From contig CAZNBI010000001.1 of NCBI GenBank assembly GCA_964571065.1, forward strand, positions 1-41,780: a DNA stretch of 41,780 bases, read 5' to 3'. The notes under the pieces are model-generated. The model saw only the letters and a list, made by a program, of their open reading frames with translations, did not search any database and was not told the origin of the DNA. Each line of letters begins with the position of its first letter. Position 1 is the first letter of the stretch. Shown here piece after piece: positions 10,832 to 20,357 of this stretch. The translations under genes and the position numbers were made by a program. The stretch is from an uncultured Rhodobacterales bacterium (GTDB lineage Bacteria > Pseudomonadota > Alphaproteobacteria > Puniceispirillales > GCA-002684695).

Positions 10832-11722
10832 CTATTGATCTTGGCCTTCCTCAATAATACTTCTTCTAATTTCTCGTGTTTTTGTAAACAAATCTACCAA
10901 CTTATCAGATTCTGACCACCTAATGGCTCTCTGTAAATAAGTGAGGTCCTCACTAAACCTCTGAAGCATCTCTAAAACTGCATCTTTGTTATTTAAGAAA
11001 ACATCCCTCCACATAATTGGATCTGAAGAAGCTATCCTTGTAAAATCTCTAAAACCTGTAGCAGAAAATCTTACTACATCATGTTTAGTCTGATCTTCTA
11101 AATCAGTTGCAGTACCAACAATAGTATAAGCAATTAAATGTGGTAGGTGAGATGTAATTGCCAAAATCTTATCATGATACTCTGGCTTCATAGTTTCTAT
11201 AATTGCACCAGTTCCAGATAAAAAGTTTTTAAAATGTTCCAATGTTTCATCAGGTATTGAGCAATAAGGGACAACAACCCAATATTTACCCTTAAATAAT
11301 TCAGGAAAACCAGCACCTGGACCCGAATTCTCTGTGCCGGCTAGTGGATGTGAAGGAATAAACCATACATCCTCTTTTATAAATGGTTTAATATCTTTAA
11401 TGACAGAATTTTTTGTGGATCCAGTATCAGTTAAAATACAACCCTTTTTTAGTAAATTTGAAATTTTTTTTGCTACATCCCTCATTGAACCTACAGGAAC
11501 ACATAGAAAAACTAAATCTGCTTCAGTAACTGTTTCATTCAAATTTTCATAAATCTCTTGTGAACTAAAAATTTCTTTTAGTTTTTTTCGAACATCAGTT
11601 TTAGAATCAAAAATTCTTAGATTATCACATAAGTGGTTTTCTCTGATTGAGTGAGCTAATGAAGAGCCAATTAACCCACCACCAATGATTGCAACAGTTT
11701 TAAATTTTTTTTCAGTAAACAC
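10832..11722 (-). CDS. tyrC: Prephenate/arogenate (cyclohexadienyl) dehydrogenase (GTG start)
   Basis: 296 aa. Has a Rossmann motif (VAIIGGGLIGSSLA) and the TyrA-family catalytic region (SHPLAGTENSG). The start codon at 11720-11722 is GTG and directly abuts the hisC stop (TAAGTG). The hisC-tyrC pairing is common in Alphaproteobacteria. Confidence 0.8.
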   Translation of the reverse strand: MFTEKKFKTVAIIGGGLIGSSLAHSIRENHLCDNLRIFDSKTDVRKKLKEIFSSQEIYENLNETVTEADLVFLCVPVGSMRDVAKKISNLLKKGCILTDTGSTKNSVIKDIKPFIKEDVWFIPSHPLAGTENSGPGAGFPELFKGKYWVVVPYCSIPDETLEHFKNFLSGTGAIIETMKPEYHDKILAITSHLPHLIAYTIVGTATDLEDQTKHDVVRFSATGFRDFTRIASSDPIMWRDVFLNNKDAVLEMLQRFSEDLTYLQRAIRWSESDKLVDLFTKTREIRRSIIEEGQDQ

Positions 11723-12817
11723 TTATTTATCCTTTAAGAAACTAAGAATACATTCTAAGAAGATTTTCATTTCATTTTTAGTACCGATAGTTACTCTTAA
11801 ATAATTACTGAGATTATAGGGTTGCATTCCTCTTACAAAAATATTTTTCTCTTCTAAGAACCTCAAAGCATCAATAGCTATTTCTTTGGTGTGAAAATTT
11901 AAAAGAAAAAAGTTTGTTTCACTAGGAATAAAACTAATATTGTGATCTTTAAGTTCTTTGAAAACCCATTTTTTAGTTTTGAGATTGTGAGAAAATGATA
12001 ATTTCTGGAATTCAACATCCTCTACAGCTGCAGCACCAGCAAAACTAGCTAATGAATTAACAGAAAATGCAGGTCTCACAGATTTCAAAATATTTGCAAT
12101 TTTTTCTGGACAGTAAGCCCATCCTAATCTCAAAGAAGCGAGAGCATGAAGTTTAGAAAAAGTTCTTAGCATGATAACATTATTCAATTTTTCTACAAAT
12201 TCTAAACCATTACTATATTCAATTTTATCAACATATTCAGCGTAAGCTGCATCCAAAATAATTAGTATATTTGACCTGACTTTTTTTATAAAATTAGAAA
12301 TTTCGTTTCTTCCTACCATTGTTCCTGTAGGATTATTTGGATTAGCCAGAAAAATAATTTTTGTTTTTTTTGAAATTTTAGACAAAATATTATCTAAACT
12401 CGCTGTGTAATTGACATCTTTAGCCATTATTGGCTTGCCACCAGCAATTCTAATACTTTGCGGAAAAACTAAAAATCCGTATTCTGTATAAATTGCTTCA
12501 TCACCAGGATCTAAGTAAGTGTTACATATTAATTGAATTAAATCATCAGACCCATTGCCCAAAACAATTTTTTCTTTATTCAAACCGTATCTACTTGCAA
12601 TTGCTTTGATGAGATTTTGATCAATTTGGTCAGGATATCTATGAAATAAATGTTTTTGTTTTGACCAGTTTTTAATTGCCAAACATGCTTTTGGACTAGG
12701 TCCTAAAGCCCCTTCATTAACAGACAACCTTATAATTTCAGAACTCTTACTTTCTGCTACAGCAGGTCTGTAAGATTGTAAATTTAGTAATGATTTTTTG
12801 GTCTTGACCTCTTTCAA
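11723..12817 (-). CDS. hisC: Histidinol-phosphate aminotransferase (TTG start)
   Basis: 364 aa. Shows the class II aminotransferase pattern: LSVNEGALGPSP, NPNNPTG, and the PLP-lysine context RTFSKLHALASLRLGW. TTG at 12815-12817 is preceded by AAGGGG. Confidence 0.85.
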   Translation of the reverse strand: MKEVKTKKSLLNLQSYRPAVAESKSSEIIRLSVNEGALGPSPKACLAIKNWSKQKHLFHRYPDQIDQNLIKAIASRYGLNKEKIVLGNGSDDLIQLICNTYLDPGDEAIYTEYGFLVFPQSIRIAGGKPIMAKDVNYTASLDNILSKISKKTKIIFLANPNNPTGTMVGRNEISNFIKKVRSNILIILDAAYAEYVDKIEYSNGLEFVEKLNNVIMLRTFSKLHALASLRLGWAYCPEKIANILKSVRPAFSVNSLASFAGAAAVEDVEFQKLSFSHNLKTKKWVFKELKDHNISFIPSETNFFLLNFHTKEIAIDALRFLEEKNIFVRGMQPYNLSNYLRVTIGTKNEMKIFLECILSFLKDK

Positions 12818-12828
12818 TTTTACACCCC

Positions 12829-13362
12829 TTAAAATTCACTTTTTTTAAAGATGACTATTTTGGCTAATTTATCTTGATCTGTAATTGGAGAACTGGCAAA
12901 TTTCTTAATAATTTTACCATCAATAAAGTATTCATCTTTTAATTCACTAGTTTTCAAAACAACAGCAGCGTCATAATTTTCAGCAATAATTTTTTTAAAA
13001 GCTTCTTCGTTGTTTTTTTCAATTAGAATTTTTGCAGATCTTCCAAAATGCCAACATGCAGACTTATATGCATCCATAGATGAACCAACAGAAATTTTAA
13101 GTCCTCCTTGCAAAAATAAATTCTCAGATATTAGTAGTCGCCAAACTCTTTCAATGAATTCTGGATTTGAAGAATTGGATTGCTTAATAATATCCTTTAT
13201 AAGAGCTTCTTCTCTTTCAGGTTTAAATATATCCTCACCTGATTTAGCTTTAATTATTTCTTTGGCCAAATTTGATCTATCTTCAATCAATTCGACAAGT
13301 TTAGTGTCAATAATATCAATTTTTTGTCTTAATTTTAGTAGTTTTTGATTATTTTCATCCAT
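12829..13362 (-). CDS. Chorismate mutase (AroQ type) with an extra C-terminal domain
   Basis: 177 aa. The N-terminal ~90 aa match the AroQ helical CM_2 pattern (LRQKIDIIDTKLVELIEDRSNLAKEI...KPEREEALI). The C-terminal ~85 aa resemble only the first part of a prephenate dehydratase domain (see findings). Confidence 0.7.
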   Translation of the reverse strand: MDENNQKLLKLRQKIDIIDTKLVELIEDRSNLAKEIIKAKSGEDIFKPEREEALIKDIIKQSNSSNPEFIERVWRLLISENLFLQGGLKISVGSSMDAYKSACWHFGRSAKILIEKNNEEAFKKIIAENYDAAVVLKTSELKDEYFIDGKIIKKFASSPITDQDKLAKIVIFKKSEF

Positions 13363-13403
13363 GTGACATTATTTATTATTTTCTTTTTGTTAATTGCAAA
13401 GGA

Positions 13404-14120
13404 CTATTGTTGAAGAGATACCTTTGGAAATATATATCTATAAGCTTTTAACTGTTTTTTTGGAATAGCATAATTAAATTTAGTAGCTTCGATAACCATA
13501 ACCCCACCCATATTTCTAAACAATGCTCTTCCAATATTCTCTATAAGTTTATGATTTTTAACTAAAAGTTTATAATTATAAGGTGGAAAATATAAACAAA
13601 ATTCTACTTTTATTTCCTCAAAACCATGCAAATTAAGTAATTTTTTTATTTGGCTTTTAGAAAAAGGTCTGCACTTTCCAAAAGGATTATTCTCAATATT
13701 AGACCACAGACTAAATGAGTTTGGTATAATGAAAATTATCTTACCTTGCCCTTTTAACACTCTCCATAATTCTGAAATAACCAAATCCAACCTGTCAGAC
13801 ACCTCTAACCAATGAGACACAAATACTTTGTCAAATTCCAGATCGTTAAATGGAAGATTTGTTTCGTCAACTTCCAAAGAGGCATTTAATTCATTCCTGT
13901 AATATTTGATTTTATTATTAGTTGATGGAATTGATAAAAAATTAATTTTTGAAGCAATATCTTTTTTTCTTAAGTATGGAAGAATGTACCCAAAACCTAA
14001 GACATTCTGTTTCAACTTAGTATCTAAAAACTTATGCAATTTTTCTTGAATTGAAATTACTGAAATCTTTCCCAATTCAGAATCATAAAATTCAATTAAA
14101 TCCTTAAGATTAAAGTTCAT
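13404..14120 (-). CDS. Class I SAM-dependent methyltransferase (putative)
   Basis: 238 aa. The Methyltransf_11-like post-I/II region is recognisable (FDKVFVSHWLEVSDRLDLVISELWRVLKGQGKIIFIIPN), but motif I is degenerate. The gene is divergent from gloB, as in many Alphaproteobacteria. Confidence 0.5.
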   Translation of the reverse strand: MNFNLKDLIEFYDSELGKISVISIQEKLHKFLDTKLKQNVLGFGYILPYLRKKDIASKINFLSIPSTNNKIKYYRNELNASLEVDETNLPFNDLEFDKVFVSHWLEVSDRLDLVISELWRVLKGQGKIIFIIPNSFSLWSNIENNPFGKCRPFSKSQIKKLLNLHGFEEIKVEFCLYFPPYNYKLLVKNHKLIENIGRALFRNMGGVMVIEATKFNYAIPKKQLKAYRYIFPKVSLQQ

Positions 14121-14183
14121 TGTTAACCCAAAATATTCAACCTAATGCTTTTACGGTCTCGTTTAATATATTATACATAAAAA

Positions 14184-14957
14184 ATGGAAAATATATTTGA
14201 AATTGTTACAATTAAGTCTTTGAGTGATAACTATATTTGGCTTTTAAGAAACAATGTAAAAAATTTAACAGCTGTGATTGATCCTTCAGATGATAAAGAT
14301 GTGAATGAAGTTCTTTTACTTAAAAATTGGCATCTCAATCAAATAGTTAACACGCACCATCATTTTGATCATACAAATGGTAATCTTGAACTAAAAAACA
14401 AATGGAAAGCTGAATTAATTGGACCTGAAAAAGAAAAAGATAAAATAAAAAATATTGACCGTTATGTTTCAGATGGTGACAAGACCGAGATCGCAGGTTT
14501 AGATGCTTTGGTAATCCATACTCCTGGTCACACATTAGGACATGTAATGTATTATCTAAAAAATGAGAAAATTTTATTTGCAGGGGATACTATTTTTTCA
14601 CTTGGCTGTGGAAGGGTTTTTGAAGGAACTATGAATGACATGTTTTCTTCTTTAGTCAAAATAAAAGAATTAGATCCTAAAACCTTAATTTATTGTGGTC
14701 ATGAGTATACAGAAAACAATTTGAAATTCGCTCTTGAGGTTAATCCAAATAACAAGAATTTAAAGACTTTTTCAAAAAAAGTTTATAAACTTATTGATGC
14801 AGGGAAACCAACTGTTCCTTCACTCTTAGAAGATGAACTTAAATGCAACCCTTTCCTTCAAACTGAAAATGATGAAATTTCAAATTATTTCGATGAAAAT
14901 AAATTAGTAGGATTAGAGTTATTTTCAAAATTGAGAGAATTGAAAGATAAATTCTAA
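14184..14957 (+). CDS. gloB: Hydroxyacylglutathione hydrolase (glyoxalase II)
   Basis: 257 aa. Has the metallo-beta-lactamase motif THHHFDHTNG, then TPGHTLGH and CGHEYT, plus the C-terminal HAGH_C-like region (NPFL). Confidence 0.85.
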   Translation: MENIFEIVTIKSLSDNYIWLLRNNVKNLTAVIDPSDDKDVNEVLLLKNWHLNQIVNTHHHFDHTNGNLELKNKWKAELIGPEKEKDKIKNIDRYVSDGDKTEIAGLDALVIHTPGHTLGHVMYYLKNEKILFAGDTIFSLGCGRVFEGTMNDMFSSLVKIKELDPKTLIYCGHEYTENNLKFALEVNPNNKNLKTFSKKVYKLIDAGKPTVPSLLEDELKCNPFLQTENDEISNYFDENKLVGLELFSKLRELKDKF

Positions 14958-14981
14958 CTTAATACAGTAATTATTAAAATA

Positions 14982-15407
14982 ATGAAAAAAGATAAAACTC
15001 AAAATGAATTTATTTTAATAAAAAAATACTCTAACAGAAGATTATATAATTCTTCAAAAAGTAAATATATAAATTTTAAAGAGTTATTTGAGTTAATTAA
15101 AAATAATATAGATTTTAAGATTGAAGATCATAAAACTGGGGAAGATTTAACCCAAGAGATTTTACTTCAAACAATATTTGAATTCAAGAACACAAGTAAA
15201 AATGTATTTACAGTAAGCTTTATAAAGAAACTTTTTTTAATTTTAAACGAAAACAACTCTGATGAAATATCTATATATTTAGAGGAGTGTTTAAAAAAAT
15301 ATAATGACTTTAAGAAGACAAAAAAATTAGATTTTGAAAAGATTAATATTTTAGATTTACAGCTTCAAATTTTAGAATTGAAAAAACAAATTGCTAAAAT
15401 AAATTAA
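14982..15407 (+). CDS. phaR: PhaR-family (PHB/PHA accumulation regulator) DNA-binding protein, short form
   Basis: 141 aa. IKKYSNRRLYNSSKSKYINFKELFELIKNNIDFKIEDHKTGEDLTQEILLQTIFE closely follows the PHB_acc_N signature (KKYxNRRLYDT..S.Y..L.DL). A C-terminal coiled-coil-like segment follows. Confidence 0.7.
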   Translation: MKKDKTQNEFILIKKYSNRRLYNSSKSKYINFKELFELIKNNIDFKIEDHKTGEDLTQEILLQTIFEFKNTSKNVFTVSFIKKLFLILNENNSDEISIYLEECLKKYNDFKKTKKLDFEKINILDLQLQILELKKQIAKIN

Positions 15408-15408
15408 A

Positions 15409-15783
15409 CTAATTTTCACTAGAAGATATTTTGTATCCAACTTCTTCACAATCTCCATATATATCAGGTTTTGAAATACTAACAGACAAGTGAGTTATTT
15501 TATCAAAAGAAATTACATATTTAAAAATTTGATTTGCTAAAGTTTCAACCAAATTAAAATGTTGGCTTTTAGCAATTTCTTTAATCTTTGTATAAACTAA
15601 ATTGTAATTTAAAGTTTCATTTATTTTGTCATTTTTAGGATTTACTGTATCAGAAAGAAGAATTTTTATATTTACAATGACCCTTTGAGGTTTTTCCTTT
15701 TCGTGTTTATAAACACCGATATTACACATAAGTTCTATATTTTTAAAATAAATTTCCTGTTTTTTATTTTCAGATAATCCCAT
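15409..15783 (-). CDS. folB: Dihydroneopterin aldolase
   Basis: The ORF-track start (15846) would overlap the upstream SDR gene by 50 nt. The ATG at 15781-15783 has AGAGGA 4 nt upstream and gives a ~124-aa protein. The FolB pattern is IGVYKHEKEKPQRVIVNIKI (G..xxE....Q). Confidence 0.75.
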   Translation of the reverse strand: MGLSENKKQEIYFKNIELMCNIGVYKHEKEKPQRVIVNIKILLSDTVNPKNDKINETLNYNLVYTKIKEIAKSQHFNLVETLANQIFKYVISFDKITHLSVSISKPDIYGDCEEVGYKISSSEN

Positions 15784-15796
15784 ACTATCCTCTTCT

Positions 15797-16558
15797 CTAT
15801 AAAAAAGTTGCATCTCTTTTTTGAGGTGATAAATGAGCACCACCATCTATTAAAATATTCTCACCTGTAATACTAAGTGTCTTAATCAAGAACTTTACTG
15901 CATTAATTACATCACTTGGATTTGGTCCTTTAAGTAAAGGATTTAATTTTTGGATTCTTTTAAAGTCTTTAGCTCCATGTTCAGGATTAGGTAAAGTAAA
16001 ACCTGGTGCAATCCCATTAACTCTTAGTTTGGGAGCATATGAAAGTGAGGCAACCTTAGTTAATCCCAGCAAAGCAAATTTTGACAATGTATAAGTGTAA
16101 TGATCTGGATTTAAGCCAAATAGTTTTGCATCCAACATATTTATAACATTTCCATTAAACTTTTCATTTAGTTGTTTATTTAAACTTTTCACCAAAAGCG
16201 TAGGAATTTTAAAGTTTGCATGGATATGCTCATCTAAAATATTTTCAGTGAAATCATGGCCTTGGTCATATTTAAAGGCTGAAGCATTATTAATGAGTGT
16301 GAATTGCTGATTTTCAATATCTTCCAAAAAGTTAATAGACTCACCGATTAGATCCATGGCATCATTTTCAGAAGTAATTTCTTTTCTTATGAGATCAATC
16401 TTACCACCATTCTTAATAATCTCATCTTTTGTCTCCAAAGCTTGTTTTTCTGATTTGTTATAATGAAGAACAATATGAAATGACTCTTTTGATAACTCTT
16501 TAGCAATTAAACTACCAAGCCTCTTTCCGCCACCAGTAATTAATACAATATTTTTCAT
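15797..16558 (-). CDS. Short-chain dehydrogenase/reductase, FolM/pteridine-reductase-like
   Basis: 253 aa. The cofactor motif is ITGGGKRLG (TGxxxRxG, the FolM/PTR1 variant rather than TGxxxGxG). The catalytic YTLSK (YxxxK) is present. The gene lies immediately upstream of folB in the same operon. Confidence 0.65.
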   Translation of the reverse strand: MKNIVLITGGGKRLGSLIAKELSKESFHIVLHYNKSEKQALETKDEIIKNGGKIDLIRKEITSENDAMDLIGESINFLEDIENQQFTLINNASAFKYDQGHDFTENILDEHIHANFKIPTLLVKSLNKQLNEKFNGNVINMLDAKLFGLNPDHYTYTLSKFALLGLTKVASLSYAPKLRVNGIAPGFTLPNPEHGAKDFKRIQKLNPLLKGPNPSDVINAVKFLIKTLSITGENILIDGGAHLSPQKRDATFL

Positions 16559-16597
16559 GTTAAATTATTTCTTTACCTAATAAGTTATAAATCCATA

Positions 16598-17539
16598 CTA
16601 AATGCTAGGTATAATCCAGTCTGGGTAAATTTGGGTTCTTAAAATTTCTTTCTGATAATCATGATTTTTAAACAAACCATGATTTGTAACTAAAACTGTA
16701 GAAATTCCAGAAGCTAAACCACCTAAAACATCTGTATGTAAACTATCTCCAATCATAGCAATTCTATCAAGATTTAATTTTCGTTGACTTATTTTAAAAA
16801 TATTTTGTATTGCTTTTTCAAATATATCTAAATGAGGTTTTCCAAAATATTTAATATCAAAGTTTTTAGATTTATGAAAATTAAGACTCCAAAAACCTGG
16901 TTCAATAGAAAAGGATGACTTTTGTGGAGCTACAATGTCTGGATTCCCCACAAGTATCTTCATTGATGTATTTTGCAACTTATGCTCTAATTTAACTTGT
17001 TTATTTTGATCCCAATATTCACAACCTAAGTAAATTATTCCTTCACATTCATTTAACTTAGAAATACTTTCACCTAAAATATGTCCATTAACACCTAATT
17101 CGTTTAAATCTGATCTAGGTGAACCTATAACTCCCCATTTAATTTGATCTTGGTTTTTTAAATAATCTTTCAATAAATCCCTACTAGAAATTACTTCTTC
17201 ATTTTCAAAGGGCAAACACCAGCTGTTAAAAAGTGAAACTTTATTAGATGTTGGATATGATGCTCCATTAGTTAAAACGATTATTATTTTACCCTTTTTT
17301 TTGAGTTCTATCAAAGCATCTTTGACATTCTTAATTAATAGGCTCCCAGTATTTAAAACTCCATATGAATCAAAGATAAACGCATCAAATTTTTCTGATA
17401 TCTCAGAAATAGAATTTGCAACTTTTAATTTTCCCATTCTTGATGGCTTTGGAAAAATTGATCTATTACTTTCATAGAGATCAATAACTTCATTTATAGA
17501 TAATTTATTTTGGCTAAAATAATTGTGATAAGTTGACAT
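16598..17539 (-). CDS. HAD-superfamily hydrolase, subfamily IIA
   Basis: 313 aa. Motif I is FIFDSYGVLN (DxYGV variant typical of HAD-IIA), followed by TNGAS and a C-terminal GDSLHTDVLGG. Confidence 0.7.
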   Translation of the reverse strand: MSTYHNYFSQNKLSINEVIDLYESNRSIFPKPSRMGKLKVANSISEISEKFDAFIFDSYGVLNTGSLLIKNVKDALIELKKKGKIIIVLTNGASYPTSNKVSLFNSWCLPFENEEVISSRDLLKDYLKNQDQIKWGVIGSPRSDLNELGVNGHILGESISKLNECEGIIYLGCEYWDQNKQVKLEHKLQNTSMKILVGNPDIVAPQKSSFSIEPGFWSLNFHKSKNFDIKYFGKPHLDIFEKAIQNIFKISQRKLNLDRIAMIGDSLHTDVLGGLASGISTVLVTNHGLFKNHDYQKEILRTQIYPDWIIPSI

Positions 17540-17662
17540 TATATTTCTTGATAAAAAAATAATAAATTTTATGTTTATAATTGAAGGTTTATAAACTATT
17601 TAAAGTATTAATAATACAACAAGTATTTTTAAAATACCTAAATTGGCAAGGAGGGTTGAGAA

Positions 17663-19438
17663 ATGACAAAGATGACTACTGAAGAAGCTTTTGTAAAAGT
17701 CCTACAAATGAATGGTATAAACCAAGCTTTTGGAATAATCGGTTCAGCTTTCATGCCAATTTCTGATCTTTTTCCAAAAGCAGGTATTACATTTTGGGAC
17801 GTGGCACATGAATGCAACGGCGGATATATTTGCGATGGATATACTAGATCATCTGGCAAAATTGCCATGTGTATAGCACAAAATGGGCCTGGAATTACAA
17901 ACTTTGTTACTGCTATAAAAACCGCATACTGGAATCATACTCCAATGTTACTTGTTACACCTCAGGCTGCAAATAAAACAATTGGTCAAGGCGGTTTTCA
18001 AGAGGTAGAGCAAATGGCTTTATTTAAAGATATGGTTTGCTACCAAGAAGAAGTAAGAGACCCATCACGTATTGCTGAAGTTCTTAATAGAGTAATAGAG
18101 AAATCAATACGTGGATCAGCTCCTGCTCAGATTAATGTCCCTAGAGATTATTTTTGTAAAATTGTAGATATTGAAATGCCTAAAGTTGTAAGATTTGCGA
18201 AACCAACTCCAAATCATGATGATATTAGCAAAGCTGTAAGTCTTGTTTCTAGTGCTAAATTCCCAGTTATTTTGTCAGGCGCTGGTGTTGTCTTATCTGA
18301 TGCAATTCCAGAATGTGTAGAATTAGCTGAAAGACTTGATGCTCCTGTTTGTTGCGGATATCAACACAATGACAGTTTTCCTGGAAGTCACCCATTGGCA
18401 GCAGGTCCACTTGGTTACAATGGTTCAAAAGCTGCTATGAATTTAATTTCTAAAGCTGATGTTGTACTTGCATTAGGCACAAGGCTAAATCCATTTTCAA
18501 CTTTACCGTGCTACGGTATAGACTATTGGCCAAACTCAGCGAAAGTTATTCAAGTGGATATTAATCCTGACAGATTAGGTCTGTCTAAAAAAATCACTCT
18601 TGGTATAAGCGCTGACGCCAAGACTACGGTTAAAGAAATCTTAGACAGGTTAGAACCTAATGCTGGAAACACCGATAGGCAAGCTAGAAAGAAAACCATT
18701 GCTGAAACAAAATCTAAGTGGTTACAAGAATTATCTAGTATGGACAATGAAGAAGATGATCCAGGTACAACCTGGAATATTGATGCAAGAACTAGGGAGC
18801 CTGAAAGAATGAGCCCAAGAATGGCTTGGAGGGCAATACAGTCTGCATTACCGCAAAATGCGATTATATCATCCGATATTGGAAATAATTGTGCTATTGG
18901 GAATGCTTATCCATCTTTTGAAGAAGGAAGGAAGTATTTGGCACCAGGTTTATTTGGCCCCTGTGGGTATGGTTTTCCTGCAATTATTGGCGCAAAAATA
19001 GCTTGTCCAAATGTTCCTGTTGTAGGTTTTGCTGGTGATGGTGCTTTTGGTATTTCAATGAATGAAATGACTTCCTGTGGCAGGGATGACTGGCCAGGAA
19101 TTACTATGGTTATTTTTAGAAATTACCAATGGGGTGCCGAAAAAAGAAATACAACACTCTGGTATCAAAATAATTTTGTTGGCACAGAATTAAATCAAGA
19201 TTTTAGTTATGCTAAAATTGCTGAAGGGTGCGGTTTAAAAGGGGTTCAAGTATGGTCTATGGAAGAACTTACAAATGAGTTAAGGTTATCTTGTGATGAG
19301 CAAAAAAAAGGTATTACTACATTTATTGAAGTTATCCTTAATCAGGAACTTGGTGAGCCTTTTAGAAGGGACGCAATGAAAGCACCTGAAATTGTTGCGG
19401 GCATAAATAAAACAGATATGGCAGAACAAACTTTTTAA
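17663..19438 (+). CDS. xsc: Sulfoacetaldehyde acetyltransferase (ThDP-dependent)
   Basis: 591 aa. The N-terminus TTEEAFVKVLQMNGINQAFGIIGSAFMPISDLFPKAGITFWDVAHE...TAYWNHTPMLLVTPQAANKTIGQGGFQEVEQMALFKDMVCYQEEVRDPSRI follows my recollection of characterised Xsc proteins almost residue for residue. The ThDP motif is GDGAFGISMNE...N. A strong SD (AAGGAGG) is present, and pta is adjacent. Confidence 0.9.
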   Translation: MTKMTTEEAFVKVLQMNGINQAFGIIGSAFMPISDLFPKAGITFWDVAHECNGGYICDGYTRSSGKIAMCIAQNGPGITNFVTAIKTAYWNHTPMLLVTPQAANKTIGQGGFQEVEQMALFKDMVCYQEEVRDPSRIAEVLNRVIEKSIRGSAPAQINVPRDYFCKIVDIEMPKVVRFAKPTPNHDDISKAVSLVSSAKFPVILSGAGVVLSDAIPECVELAERLDAPVCCGYQHNDSFPGSHPLAAGPLGYNGSKAAMNLISKADVVLALGTRLNPFSTLPCYGIDYWPNSAKVIQVDINPDRLGLSKKITLGISADAKTTVKEILDRLEPNAGNTDRQARKKTIAETKSKWLQELSSMDNEEDDPGTTWNIDARTREPERMSPRMAWRAIQSALPQNAIISSDIGNNCAIGNAYPSFEEGRKYLAPGLFGPCGYGFPAIIGAKIACPNVPVVGFAGDGAFGISMNEMTSCGRDDWPGITMVIFRNYQWGAEKRNTTLWYQNNFVGTELNQDFSYAKIAEGCGLKGVQVWSMEELTNELRLSCDEQKKGITTFIEVILNQELGEPFRRDAMKAPEIVAGINKTDMAEQTF

Positions 19439-19440
19439 GA

Positions 19441-20319
19441 TCAAATTGAAGCTATTGTCAGAACAGAAGATGAGATAATATCTTCTGTTGTTGCGCCTCG
19501 TGATAAATCACAAACTGGTTTTTTAAAACCCTGTAAAAATGGACCAATTGATCTAAATTTCCCTAAACTTTGACACAATTTATAAGCAATATTTCCAGCA
19601 TCTAATGATGGGAAAATCATAACATTAATTCTATCATCATAATGAATACCTTTTCTTTGAGCTATCTCTTTATTGATTGCTGCATCACCCTGAATGGGTC
19701 CGTACAAGTCAAATCCATCTGACTTTAAAGTATTATATACATTTCTTATCATCTTTACACTCTCACCATCCCCAGATTCTAAAGTTGAGAATGAAAGCAG
19801 AGCTATTTTTGAAAATCCAAGTAATTTATTAGCCATTTCTGAAGCACTAACTGTAATATCTTTAAGTATTTCTTCATTTACATTTATGTTTACAGCACAA
19901 TCTGAAAAAATATATTCTAAGCCTTCTGGTGAAATCATAAGAAAAAAGCTTGAAATATTATTTACCTTGGATGAAATTCCTACTGTTAAAGTTGCTGCTT
20001 CTATAACTCTTTTTGTTGGGTTTATAGCTCCCGCAACCATTACATCAGCTTGACCAAGTGCTAGAATTGACCCAGCAAAATACAAGGGTTTTTTTATTAA
20101 CTTCTCAGCAATGCTTCGTTTAATATGAGGCCTTTGAACTAAAATTGTAGATACATGTTCTGGCGTTATTTGTTTTTCGTCTAACCATACAATTTGTGCA
20201 AGCTTTTCAGTAGATAAATAACTAGCAGCCTCAAAAATTCTTTTGTCATCTTTCTCAGGGAAAACAATTTTATAGTTTTTCTTCCTTGCGATATCAAACG
20301 CCTTATCTAATACTTGCAT
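19441..20319 (-). CDS. pta: Phosphate acetyltransferase (short form)
   Basis: 292 aa and PTA_PTB family (VMVAGAINPT, LLSFST, DAAI, IGPFLQGFKKPVCDLSRG). It is convergent with xsc with a 2-nt gap. The Xsc/Pta pairing is the classical sulfoacetaldehyde route. Confidence 0.8.
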   Translation of the reverse strand: MQVLDKAFDIARKKNYKIVFPEKDDKRIFEAASYLSTEKLAQIVWLDEKQITPEHVSTILVQRPHIKRSIAEKLIKKPLYFAGSILALGQADVMVAGAINPTKRVIEAATLTVGISSKVNNISSFFLMISPEGLEYIFSDCAVNINVNEEILKDITVSASEMANKLLGFSKIALLSFSTLESGDGESVKMIRNVYNTLKSDGFDLYGPIQGDAAINKEIAQRKGIHYDDRINVMIFPSLDAGNIAYKLCQSLGKFRSIGPFLQGFKKPVCDLSRGATTEDIISSSVLTIASI

Positions 20320-20357
20320 ATATTTTCATTAACTTTATTTATTTTTAGGATAACATA

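Noticed and set aside
17587-17596. Perfect 10-bp palindrome GTTTATAAAC in the HAD/xsc divergent spacer, considered as an operator.
   Set aside because: It is a short, almost pure A/T palindrome in a very AT-rich spacer with no second copy. It cannot be distinguished from chance without comparative data.
17638-17868. 76-aa minus-strand ORF spanning the xsc start.
   Set aside because: It is antisense to the most conserved part of xsc and would run through the xsc ribosome-binding site. It has no family resemblance.
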